NCBI GenBank assembly: GCA_964035545.1
Contig: OZ037768.1
Location: forward strand, 3,256,741-3,320,740
DNA length: 64,000 nt
Direction: 5' to 3'
DNA from: Bugula neritina
Lineage: Eukaryota; Animalia; Bryozoa
The position numbers and the translations under genes were made by a program. Below, one piece after another: positions 1 through 21,173 of this stretch. The notes beneath the pieces are model-generated. The model was not told where the DNA came from. It saw only the letters and a program-made list of their open reading frames with translations, and searched no databases. The number at the start of each line of letters is the position of its first letter. The first letter of the stretch is position 1.

Positions 1-7962
<7,962 letters not shown>

Positions 7963-8624
7963 AGTAGATGTAATATTGTCAGATCTTGAGATATTCTTAG
8001 CTGAAGGACTATCGTCTATCGCTGCATCAAAAACCTGTACTATAACATCAGATTATGTGGCTAAGGCTAATGAAATGAATAACAGAGATATCAAATGCAC
8101 GTGACCTCTCGGAGAAAGAAAAATAAAACTTTATAAATTAGAGATGTGCAACTATAAAATCAAACAAATACGTAGCATCAACATTATATGTTTCTATTAG
8201 AAGTATAAGCACGATAAGAACTTGTTCCACAGCTACACATGTTAGATTAGAACTGCCAGTCATAATGTAACTGCTACTGCATGAACCTGAAACTAAAAAT
8301 CCATACATAAGAATATGACCATTAGCACACACTTTATTTCCTAACACTTAGATCAGGGTGAGACAAAGGTGGCCGTAAAACTATTAAAACTGCAATTAAA
8401 ATGAGATAGATATGTTGCATAAAAATAGTTGGGGGTACAGTTTCAGTTACTGTAAGTCTCAATTGATGTTACCTATAGTAATATTACAAGTAAATCTGCT
8501 ACTAAATCTAAAAGTGAGAGTAAATTTTGTGATTAACATGGACATGAAAAACATTACATAAGATAAAAAACACTGGAGTCAAACCGAAACACTCAAGCCG
8601 TGAAAGTTCTCAATATACATAGTG

Positions 8625-9095
8625 ATAGTGCAGCTACTAGTACCAGTACAACTACTACGTATACTAAATCTAATACTTATACTTGGTCTTATACTTATAG
8701 TCTACAGAGTATTAGTATGAGTATAGACTTCGAGTTATAGTTATACTTAAAGTTGGTCTCAAACTTAAAGTATCAAAGTTCAACTTAGAGTAAGTTTAAC
8801 TTTAAGTTAGGTTAAGCCTAATACCAATACTCAAAGTTAATAGTCAATAGCCATAGGCAACCGCAATGCCAATAGTCAATACAATAGTCATAGTGAATGC
8901 TAATACTAATAGTTGGTGCAACTCTTAAACGCCAAAGCTAATTGCAAATTTCGACTTTCTGATTATAATAATCATGGCAATAATTCAACTTTAACTACTG
9001 CAAGTACGAGTGAACAACTTGAACTTGACTTGAAGTTGAACTTCAACTTCAAGTTCAGCGCGGAGTTTAAATTTTAATTTACTTTTAGGTTATTT
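8625..9095. repeat. Promoter-proximal drifting hexamer tract (NR2C intron 1)
   Basis: Examples: TATAGT TATACT TAAAGT ... CAAACT TAAAGT and TTGAAG TTGAAC TTCAAC TTCAAG. Period 6, with the unit changing gradually along the tract. Confidence 0.75.
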
Positions 9096-9234
9096 CTACA
9101 AATTAAACAGTATTTTTATAGCCACAATATTAAAATTTTTATTGTTGATCCTCATATTGCATAACAATTATTAATATAACTATTATAATGGTAATTAACT
9201 CAATTTGAACCGTAACCTAACGTGATTTCTTTAA

Positions 9235-9480
9235 ACTCACACCGATTTTAAGGTCAGAGTTCGCGACACCAACTTGACACCTAGGTTCTTGTCACGTGAT
9301 TAGTTTCTCGGTATTTTCGAGAAATATAGTTAGGTAAACTTTACAAGCCCTTGGTTTATATCGTCTATAGATACGAGAAACGGATAAATAAATACGATTT
9401 GGAAGACTAGTTCAGCGAGTTTCACTCTAGTATAAGTTGCTAGTTTCCGTTCAGTTCTAGCAGAATGATTATATGAAGAC
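9235..9480. promoter_or_regulatory. Putative bidirectional promoter between NR2C (-) and the zinc-finger gene (+)
   Basis: Locally CpG-rich, with TCGCGA at about 9261, E-box GTCACGTGA at 9291 and a minus-strand splice donor (GTGAGT) at about 9240. Flanked on both sides by the periodic tracts. Confidence 0.55.
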
Positions 9481-9644
9481 TAAGCTCAAGCTTGGTGGGT
9501 TTTGGTTCACAATTATTCAAGTAGTTGCGATTTCCTAAATATTTTATTTTTGGCTAATAGTAATATGAGAATAATTTTTTTTTTATTTTTTTTAATAACA
9601 GATGAATAAATTATTGTTCATGTTACTTCCGAAAACCTATACAA

Positions 9645-10147
9645 CCTATACCGTATACGTATACGGATACCGTTATCATTATGATTATCAATACAATTAC
9701 TATTAGTATTAGTATTAGTATTAGTATTACTATTACTATTAGTATTACATCAACATGAACACTTGAACATGAACATCATAATCATTAAATTTAATCAACA
9801 TGTTGATCATGATGTACTACTAGTATTGCTAGTAGTAGTAGTACTACTCAGTCTGAGTCTGAGCACACTATGACTATGTATCTCTCACTCTTAGTTGTGC
9901 TCTTGGAGTCTCAGTTTGAATCTGAGATTTAACAATTCACTTTTACTTTACTCTTAGAGTTCTTGTTTCAGATTGATTTACTGTTAGTGTTAGTCTTACT
10001 TTGACTATTTCTCACTTAGTGATCGTCTTAGTAACTGTATTACTATTAGTATTACTATTAGCCTCATACTGATACTCATAATTATTTTCTACTCTCTACT
10101 GTAGGGTAAAAAGCTATACTAATGATAATACTAGTACAGTATTACTG

Positions 10148-10180
<33 letters not shown>

Positions 10181-10400
10181 TACTGTAGAGTCTCAACACT
10201 TCACTCTTACTCTTATTTTCAGTTTTAAAGTTAATGTTATAATTCTACTGCATGTAAATTGAAAATGAGACTACGCTAACACTGTGACTGTAGAGTGTAG
10301 TCTTGAGACTGTCACTAACTCTAAATAGTAGCTTACAGTCGTAGAGTCAGTCTACACTAATACTTTGCTTCAAGTGCATGTTGCCATTGACAGGCTTTAC
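9645..10400. repeat. Promoter-proximal drifting hexamer/triplet tract (zinc-finger gene 5' intron)
   Basis: (TATTAG)n, (ACT)n, ACTCAG TCTGAG TCTGAG and CTAACA CTGTGA CTGTAG AGTGTA. Confidence 0.75.
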
Positions 10401-10542
10401 TTGACGCTTAAATAATCGTATTGAATTTCAGTTTTTGATAGTCTTTGTAAATGTAGCTAAAATTGTAGGATTGTGTTTCTGTTTTGTTGAAGGGAGTCCA
10501 TATGATGACACTCGTGTACATTGATGCACTGTCAGGCTTGTT

Positions 10543-13500
10543 ATGGCAGTAAGAGAGAAAAATGGTGACTCCAGTACCTGTTTGCGTGACATGGTACACA
10601 CAATTAGAATTCTTCTAGTGTTTTTATTAAAATCATATATTGTTACAATCTGACTCCATATATTCTCTTTCCATTGTTTGGTTTAATACGTGACGTTGTG
10701 TCTTAGCATTTAAAAACCTATTGTAGCTGACAGACGAAATAGAAAGCTCTACAGAATGCGTTTTGATGTACGTCACTGAGGATGGGAAGCACATGTGCAT
10801 TTATGTAGGACCATTTAGTACACAGTATGTCCTACAGCACAGGCTCCAAGAACAATGGGCGTCACTGGAATCAGATAAAAATAGAGTCTCGGAATTTGGT
10901 CTTGTGTACCAGTGCCAACATTGTGCATTTTCTAGTGACTGTCTGCATAACATGAAACTCCACCATCTAGTAAGTGGTTACAAACAATGGTATCTTGCCA
11001 ATAATTTTCTTTTTTGTCGAAAAGTTATAAATTATTCATTGGTATGAGCGTGCATGTAAGTCAACTAGGCTTTTGAATCTATATCAAATAAGAAGCTGGA
11101 GCTGGAAGTATTTTTTTGGCTACTAATTTCTTCAATAAAGATGTTTTTTATTCAACACAATGGAACTGCTAAACTGTTAGTATTTTAATTATTTACAGAA
11201 CACACACCCTCAGTATCATCTTCTAGGAAGCAGAGCTAAATGGAGCAAGTATGAAAGAACAGCCAAAAGGTGAGTTGTCATTAGTAGTGGCGATAAATTG
11301 CTTCTAAGAAAGTTGCTAAATTTAAACTTAGATATAGAGCCTTTTTTCGCCAGTTATAAAATCACTTTGTTTTGCTACAAATTATACAACCATGGTATGT
11401 CAATTTCCATCAGACCATGTAGTTGTCAACTCTTACGTCAATTTTAATCACATGTAACTGACATGTACTGCTGCAGCTTGAAGAAAAGCCTGGACCAGAT
11501 ACCTGTTGGTGTTACTTCTGGGAGTAAAAGTAACTTGGCGTGCTCTGAAGTTGACGTTAGTATATTTTGTCTTTATAAGATATTCTTTGCACATCAAGTT
11601 TTATTTGATGGAAAAGTTTAAAGTATGACATTGCGTTCCAAAACTGTTGAGCAATTACAATACACTAATTACTTGTAGAATAATTTTCAAGTTGAAAGAA
11701 AAGCTACACACAACGAAACAACTTTGTCTGAAAATAATTTTAAAGATAAAAACTTGAATGAACACACAGAAAATCAAACAATGATGGATAATGAAGCGAA
11801 ATTGCTAACTAAAACTTGGATTGGTGTCAAGAATGAGACTTTGAAGATGACTGAATCAAAAATAGTAGTCTGTCAGAAGTTATCCATCAGCTGTGAGATA
11901 TGTAGCGAGAAATTTGAACACGAACTCCTGAAAGAGATACACATGAAAGCCTGCCATGTCATTGATGAACAGCTTGTAAGTTTAATTTACTTATATCCTG
12001 TTTAGTTGTCCATTTCATAAGATTGCAAATGTTTAGGCTTATTTTTTGTTTAATTTTTAGTTGTGTCCTCAATGTAATGAAAACGTGGAATTTAGCAAGT
12101 GGCGGCGCCATCAGAAGCAGCACAAGGGTGATGTGGCTGCAAAGCCATATTGTGAAAAGTGTAAGAAATATTACAAAAGCGCTCGTAATCTTGGAGATCA
12201 TATTCGTGAAGTTCACAATAAGGGTAAAAATTACATCTGCCCTATAGCTACTTGCAGAAAGATGTTCAAAAGGCAGAGGAATCTTAATGTGCATATGGAA
12301 AGACATGCAGGTAGGTAGTCGTATATTGGTTTTTGATGATTGTGCAGTTAGGTATAATATAAATAGTTATACTATAGACACTCAATAGGATATAGGTAGT
12401 TATATTAGAGGTACTTGATATAGTATAAGTAGTTATAATATAGGTAATGTGAGTAGTTATGATGTGGGTACTAGATATGATATGACTAGTTGTAATATGG
12501 ACACGTTCATGCCTTATGACTATTGGATGGAAATAAAATGCTCTTGCTGTATTCAGATACATTATTTTATAGTTTCTAAAACTTCAAAGTTCGTAAAATA
12601 ATTTCAATAATAATTTTTTTTCAAGGAAAGCTAAATCATTTATGTCAGTTTTGTGGTCAAGGATATACTACAAGAACAGCCCTCATAAAACACATTCAAA
12701 CTAAACACTCACACGACAAAGATGCGGACAAAGAGGAGTCTGTAAAACTCACTGCATCGAAGACAGAGACTGTTGCAGATAAACTCTCTTTGCGTATGAC
12801 TTCCTCTGAAAATACACTTTCATCTGAGAAAGCAGCAGCGGACGAATTATTAACAGCTGATAGTACGACTACCTCCGCAGCACCTCACGTCACGCAAAGA
12901 AATGACTCATTGCTGCAGTACCTCGGGGGAGTCTCATTTCAAACTGCTGAAAAACTGGAGGCAGAAGAGTTTTTAGTTAACGATGACGCAATGGTGAATG
13001 AAAGTGTGATTTCTGATGGAGTGTCACATGCTTCTACTCGCCGAGAAGATTCATTAATACAATATTTGACGAGTGGCTCGTTTCAATCAGATATGATGAA
13101 CGATCAACTAGTTGAGTCTGATGATCATCTGGTAAGTAGTGAAGCTACTGAAAGGTCAACTCATCGAGCTGACTCTCTTTTACAGTATTTAAATGGAGAC
13201 TTTAGTCAATCATCTGCCCTAGGTTTGCTACTCAGAGCAGATTCTAACCCACCATTCACACCAGATAATAATTTACCAGTTTCACAGAGTTCCAACATGC
13301 CACTGGCTCAAAGTGGTAATATACATAATTCACAAGTTGAAAACACACCAGTAAACCAGAGTGGTAACATACTACCCCATCAAGATGGAAACTTATTAAT
13401 GAACCAAAATCATAACATGTCAATGATTCAAAATGGTAACATACCAATTACTCAAGGTGGTAATGTACCAGTTATTTTACATGATGACTATACAATGGTT

Positions 13501-15626
13501 CAAAACAGTAACATTCCAAGATTGCCAATTATGCAGAGTGACATTATGTCTTCAGTTCATGGTAGCGATAGAGTACTAGTGCAAAGTGCCCATGCACCAG
13601 TTCTGCAGCATGACAACATAATGACTACACAAGCTAGTACATTGCCAGTGAATCTTTGTAACCAAACACTGATGACTCTAAGTGAAAATACAAAGTTTCT
13701 AGAAACTGGTGATATTAACAATACTAAGCAAGCTTCTGTTGATGCTACGAAGCGTGCAGATTCATTACAGCTGTATCTGGAGTCTCAAGCATCCCTTACT
13801 AGTCAATCTGTGGACCATTCGTCTCGAAAACATTATCAAAACCTGGAGGCATCTACTCCCTCGCGTGAAGACTCTTTGACGAGCTATCTTGTGGAAGCAT
13901 CTCGATTATTACAAACTGATGAGGACTCAGAATCAGTCGGTCACATGACTAAAAGACCCAAGTTACACAGAGACAGTCATGTACTGAGTTTTAATATGCC
14001 TCCACCACCATTGGATTCCCAGCAGGTACCTTAGTTCACTCACCTAATGCAATGAGTTATTTCTTACTGTACGGTTTGATATGGCTCGCTGTTGTATAGC
14101 CTTTATTTTCACTGCTATGAAACGTTGTTTTTCATATTTAACTTTGCCATGTTGCTGTATTTTAGATGGAAAAGTCTCGTCCAGTAACTTTGTCCAATAC
14201 ACAGACTACACAAAGTTCTGCAAATTTGTTCCTTGTGAATAAACCAGCAAATCTATATATGAAGCCAACATATTCTGGTAAGAGTAAATCTTGCTCTGTG
14301 AACTCAATATAAGTGTATTGTAATTATAATCATGATGAATAGTTTTGCTGGTTAGATTAGCACTGCAGTATTTCACTTAAGCTCTTGTGCGTGTCAATCG
14401 GATTGCTTGCTTACATAGTCTTTGTGGGTGGAAGAACAGGTTTCACAGTATAGTATTGGGTAGTAGAACTCTATCTACAATGAGGAAGGGTCTTCCATGG
14501 GAGTTCATGTTGATTTTGTAAATTGCTTGCTATTCAAGTCGTACTCATTTTGAAGGTTATTATTTTTAGGTGCTCTTACTCTTAGTATTTTGAAATGTAA
14601 AATTTGCAAATTTTTTGAGTATGCTCTTGTTGCATTTGTTTTTTTGTTTATCCCTGTTTTCTTTTTCTTAATTTTATTATTAATATAAATTCACATGTTA
14701 AAATTGCAGCTCGTATCTACAACATGTCCATTCATGTCGCTTTATTCGGTGTCACATTTTAGTTCTCTCATTCTCAGTCTGTTTTCCCTTCATTAATTCA
14801 CCTCCTGCTATACTTGTAAGACTTCTATAAGACTGTGTAAGCAATCTCTGTAGTTAGTATTATACAGTGTCATGATAATGAATATATAATTGTATTACTT
14901 TGCATTAATCATAGGAACTAGACAATGTTGTGACCTAAAAGTTGAAGTAATTAATAATTAATCATAAAATAATTGACATGTCTGTAGCTCTGGTGAATAG
15001 AATTTTAACTCCTTGTTCATAATGAAAATAAAAAAGCTTCAGTTATGACAATCATATTGTTTATGTTGTTTAGTGTATAGTTCAATACAGTTAAATAAGA
15101 TAAACTTGTAACTTGAATACATATTGGCTGGTTAACAATTCAATGTAGATTTTATATGTCTCAGAATGCCACCTGAAAGTGATGTGCCTGGAGAAATAAA
15201 GTGCATAGTTTTATTGTCACTTCATTTAGCCAATATGTCTGGTTATGCTACATTATTATGATTTTTAATATCTGGATTATTAGGAATTGTTATATCTTGC
15301 TTTTATAAGCTGGTCTACTTGAATGTATCACTGCAAAATGTTGATTCTATTCCAAATGAATAGCTAAAAAATATAAAAAAGGATTTCACTGTGCAGTTTA
15401 ATGCTCTAAAGCTGTGAGCTACTCGTAGAACGTTTTTTCAAAACAATCCTTTGCTTCAAGTTTATTGGTTATAATTGCAGAAGATATGAAAGCTGTACTT
15501 GAAGATATTGGTTTGGTGGAATTTCCAGCAGAGACGAGCAAGAACTCTACTTTTACATCAGGTGATGTGAATTCTCAGGTCGTTGAACTTCAATCTGGTG
15601 ATAATGAAATAGCAGACAATAGCTAA
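10543..15626 (+). CDS. C2H2 zinc-finger protein (6 fingers) with a long low-complexity C-terminal region
   Basis: Phase-consistent GT-AG exons at about 10543-10593, 10727-10969, 11199-11269, 11478-11556, 11679-11975, 12061-12310, 12626-14025, 14166-14277 and 15481-15626 (TAA). Fingers: CQHC..HHLNTH, CEIC..HMKACH, CPQC..HQKQH, CEKC..HIREVH, CPIATC..HMERH and CQFC..HIQTKH. The start codon is tentative. Confidence 0.8.
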
Positions 15627-16289
15627 GTGGTTATCACATGATGTACCTAGCGTACATCACATATTGTATATCATATAATCTACACCACAGTGTGTATTAC
15701 ATTGTGTGCATTACACAGGGTACATTGCATAGTGTACATGCCTGTGTATACAATGTTATATGCCATTCAAATTGTTTCTTTACCTTTAGTTTGGATTTTT
15801 TTCTAATTGTTTTTTAAAACTTTAGCTAAAGTTTTCAGACTTTAAATTTATTTTTTATGAATGATCACTGGATGCATTGTTGTATTTTTATATATACATA
15901 ATATATACAATATATAATGTAAAAGTATATTTCTGCAAATGTGGAAAACTAACCAAAGAGTGATGAATGATAAATTGAGTTTATTTGCAAATGACTGGAC
16001 ACACGTAACTTACTGATGCCCACACACAGATATATAAATAATATAAATGAAATGAAGTTCAGAAATACAGTTGTTCCTTTATACACGAGTATATAGTATT
16101 CATTTTGTATGGACGGATATGTAACAAAACTGTGTTGAATAAGAGTTTTGTAAATAATACGCAAATATTAAATGCATAAACCATTTAATAATTTAGATAT
16201 AATGCTACAAACACATACATGAAATCAGGCTAAATGGCTATTCACTGACATTCATCACAAAATGTGATTTTGTTGATCTAAACTTTCTG

Positions 16290-19200
16290 TCAATGCTTTG
16301 GATCTTTTGAGGGAGTAAATTTTCGAGGTGGTAAAGCAATAAGTCGAGGTCTTGCAGTGATGTTCACCTCGTTGTTAGCTGATTCCAGGAGTATATTCAT
16401 CAACGTGTTCTCCAGCACATCTTCCACTAAGTTGGCAAACGCTGGTATTCTACAACAACAAAACACTACTTTAGAACCACACCAATATTAGTTGACAACT
16501 GCCACTTTGTCATAGATAGTGTAATGGAGGAAGGTTTCAACACTGCAATCTTTTATTGAATAGTCAAAAGAAAACATTAACACTAGAGAAACCAACATAA
16601 TCAAAAATGATACATTTTATTTGATATAAAGTGATTTATTTAAACAATTTTGTAATTTTGCTCAATTAATCATATAATAACTAATTGATGCATTATAATT
16701 CAGGTCATCTTGCGACTGTCTATAAATTCCATAAGTCTCATTATAAATCTACCTTGTAACGCTTTCGTTAGGCGTGTCCCTAGACTTCCCTGCTAATGGA
16801 GATGTTTTGCCTTTTCTTGATTTATGGGTTTTCTTACCAGAAGATGCAGGCCTATTAGAAGGTGACATTCTTGTGGTTGTTTGCTCTGGTTCCACTTTTG
16901 CCTAAAGCATGCAAATATGTTTGCGTACAAAATTAGCAACAGTTTAACATTCCTGAAGACATAATACACTTTATAAACTTTAATGGATTTACTCTAAAAA
17001 AACCAATGAGCTCTCAACATACAAGTTCATTGATGAATTATGTGCAACTTTCTTTGACCCTTGAGTAAAGCAAACTTATAATTTACTCATAAAGAATATT
17101 CTAATTGTACCAAAATTAATTAGCATCCAATGGTTTGAGCTTGAACAAGTTTGTAAAGTATGGAGGTTTTTGCTGATGCAATTGCACATTTCCCTTGAAA
17201 AAATTGAACTTCAACAGGTACTTTGGCCACAAGTAGATTTGCAGTAAAGGCTTTCGTAAATCACTATTGGACAAATAAAATTATATGCTTTACTCCCAAT
17301 TCATTATTTTCCAACATTCAATGAATTCTAAGCTGGGAGAGTTCTGGTCATAACTATGACAGGAATTGGAGGAAAATGCGCACAAACTTGAGCAACAAGT
17401 TGTGAATAAATTCAATTTCAAATCCTCACCTCCATAGAAAATGCTGACTTATCAACAGGAACTTCTTTTTGACTTAATGAATCAGCTACTGGCTTTTCCG
17501 AGTGGGTCACTTTTTCCGTTCCATCAGCCTCAGTTTTCATCAAAGAACCAGGTCTAAACTGGCTGAAGTAGGGTGTAGACTCGTTTGTCAGCTTTGTTAC
17601 TGATTGGTGAAAACTGGTGTCATCAACAAGTGACCTATAAAGTAGCGAAGGAAACGTTACCACCTTTATAACCTAATACAAACGTACACTAAACCATCAA
17701 CAAGTTTTGATATACTGTATAAAATCGGAGTTGTTACCTCAACACATTAGCTATAACACCCTGCAACATCTGGCTCTCTGATTCTGTACACGTGAGGTCA
17801 GGTGCTTGCTTGTCATCTGCCACTGAGTCTTCTACATCAACACTTTCAGTCTGGCCCAGAGTTCTTGTAAAAATAAGTATCAGCATTGAAAAAATATACA
17901 GGAAAAATATTAAAGAATAGTCTGATTTGTTGAAACAGCATGAAAAAAAAACTAAATATAAAAATACCAATTCTAACTTTACAAAAAGTAGAAAACTCGA
18001 ACATCAACACTTTTAAGCTCCCCCAGCACTAACTTTATGAATAAGTAGAAAGTGTAGACCTACACCTTAAATTTTCTGTCATCGAATAGTGAAAATATTA
18101 TTCTATTAAAATGTTCCCACTTTAGGTGGTCTTACTTGTCAATAAAGAAGTTGTTGAACTCATCAAAAAACTGTTCTTGAAAAGTTGAGATAGAGTGAGT
18201 TCTTGCTACAATTCCAAGATGAATTAGGAAAGGTTTGGGGGGCACTGGCTTAGGCCACATAGCCGCAGCCATTTTTTCAGCTTCTATGGCATCTTCTCTG
18301 TCTTTATCTACTGAGCGATCCATAATAGGCGGCAAAGTCTAAAATGCATGGTGAACAATGAGCTTTTTATTGGAAAGAAGACAACTCTTAAAACACATAT
18401 TATAGTAAAACAACTTGTCAGTAATGAATGTAGGTGTAGGTCCACAAATGGTTTAGTATCAAGCTTTATAGATACAAAGCTTTAATTTCCCAAATGAGCT
18501 TTATCATATTTGAACTGTATCTCACATTTGAACATAATATAATAAATGTCATGCCACAACGTTCTATGCAAGTGGTATTGTTGAAGTTTACACATGTTCA
18601 ATTTAGATGGTAATTTTCAGTTAGAAAGTTTGATTGTTACTTCTCACATTATTGTGTCAATATGGTGACGTTTATATCTAACACCATCACGTTCAAGATT
18701 ATAAACTCTAACAGTAAAGCACAAATACACAGCCTCTACCAACCTTGTATGATTTGTAAGTCTTAGATTTAGGAGGAGCGCTGTAGAGATCTTTGTGAGC
18801 CGACGAGGAATTAATGGCTAATACAGACTCAGATTTGGCACCAGGAGCTGAACCTCTGCTTCTCGGTGCAGAAGATTGAGCCAAGTCTTTCTCTGTTATG
18901 GTGAACTCATGAATCTGCCTCTCTCGCTCTCTCTCCCAGTCTCGCAGGCGTCTTCTGTATTTAGCCATTTCTGTTTCGTCAGTTATCTAAAGAGAGTAAA
19001 AAATTAACCAATCAGAAGCTTTCTTTACATCAGTATACATACAACATCAAAGGCTATAACTATGTTTATGTAAGTATATATAGGAATAAATAAAAAATAA
19101 ATGCGCGTAAGAGAAAAACAGAAAACACAGTAAGATGTCAATCAGGGTTCAGACCTCCAATTTGGGACACCACAACCCGCCTTCTTGTCGCAACACAAAA

Positions 19201-21080
19201 CCCACCTTGTCACAACACAAAACCCTTCTTGTTGCAACACAAAACCCACCTTGTCACAACACAAAACTCACCTCACATATCATGTCCATATCATAGAATG
19301 CCGGTTCACCAAATGCTGTGAATGCTACTTTCACCATCTGACTACCTCGTGGTTGAAGAGTACCTTTGGCAGGGTAAATATTCACAACCTACAATAATGT
19401 GGTGATTGTTTTAATATGTTCTTATCAATATGTAACTAACTGATAGCGTGGTGCAGTAAACAATTACCAAGCATTTACAAACATAATTTACATACTAAAT
19501 ATATAAGAATACATCTAGAAAACTCGAGATTAATATCAAAACTCTCTCTTCACCTAATTTTATATTTTTGCTGCAAGTGATACAACTTTATGCAGCAAAA
19601 TGTATAAGTATCTTAAGCCTTAAAATTACATTTGAGTTATCATGTAAAGTTACTAATAATAAAGTAATAAAGCATACATTCTAACAGCAGTATAAAAGGT
19701 TAAGATTATGTAATATAACAAAAAGTGCCGTACCTTTTGATCGCCAGAATTAGTGACATGCCATGCAAAAGAAACTGTGTGTTCAGAGGTGTTACACATG
19801 AATGTGACTTTCCTGGTCTTGGAAAAGAGTGGAACATTGCCAAACGAGATGCGTTCGTGAGACAAGACAATAGTCTGCCCAGGTACTGTCACCATCTGCA
19901 TAGATAGATCAGACATAGTCGTAAAGTAGGCTATATTATACTCAAGTATTCTGATAATTCTACAGAGAGCAAGTTCTGTGGGCAAAGAAGTTTATTCACT
20001 GTAAAAGTTATAGAGTCAAGAATTATTATAATAATGGCTTTTTATACAGTTACATTGATAAGCCTATTATTAAAATGGCTATTAACATTCTAAATTAGTT
20101 GTGATAAAAAATTATTTTGAATAATTGTTGTACAATGTATTATAGTAGGTAGCACAATTTATTAGTCAATATATTTTTTTAAACCAAAATAGAAGGGTTT
20201 TTTTAATTAACACATTCTCAAATTATTTTTAGTCATGTATCAAAATAGTAACAAAAATAGCCATTATAATAAGTCGCCTATTCGATTTAGTAAAGTTCAA
20301 TACACTTTAAACTCTCACTTGCATAGGGGGTACATCCCCCTCACAATTGTCAGACACTGTTGGCATTGTCTCCCCTAATTGTGTTTTGTCATATCCGACA
20401 CCAGTGAATGTTATAAGGGCTGGCTCTCCCCCACTGATGTATATTGGTACATCCACCTGGAAAAGAAACTTCTATGCTCAGAAATTTAACTTCAAATCAT
20501 TTTCACATTTTTATTCACATGAGTTTTTGCTCAATACAGAGATGCTATGAGTAATTTGTAATTAATAAACGACCAGCATTTTCCATAAGTGTACAATAAA
20601 AAGAATAAAAACTATACAAAACAAGTATACATTTCCAGCTCAAATATAAAGTGAGATTATATTTTCATTGTCACTTTCTCGATTCTAGAGTTGTAGTAAA
20701 CTTACATCATAGGTCTTGGCTTCTAGGGGGTAAAACATCCACTCGATTACATGAGTTTTACCAGGTTCAATGACGCCCTGCGGATTCAGACAGTCCAGCA
20801 CGGGATGGCCAAAGTTTTCTCTCTTCAGTGCCATCAAAGGCATACAGTCAATGTCAAAGGTCACTGGAACAGCTCCGCCATTATACAGCTCGTACACTTG
20901 CTTAGGACATCTTTTCTCTCCCACCGCCACAGGTGCAAAGGAATGCTTGTTGGATGGGAAATGGATATATGGCATGTCATGCTCAACTGTCACCCCAACA
21001 AAGTTCATCTACATAAAATATAGTAAGAACAATTTAGCAGCAATAAGTGCTAAACACAATAGTACACTAATAATAGTCAC

Positions 21081-21173
<93 letters not shown>

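Noticed and set aside
12330-12530. TAGTTAT-rich degenerate repeat in an internal ZnF intron
   Set aside because: Looks like a longer-period degenerate minisatellite rather than the 6-bp phased tract. It should still be scored as a possible counter-example in the periodicity scan.
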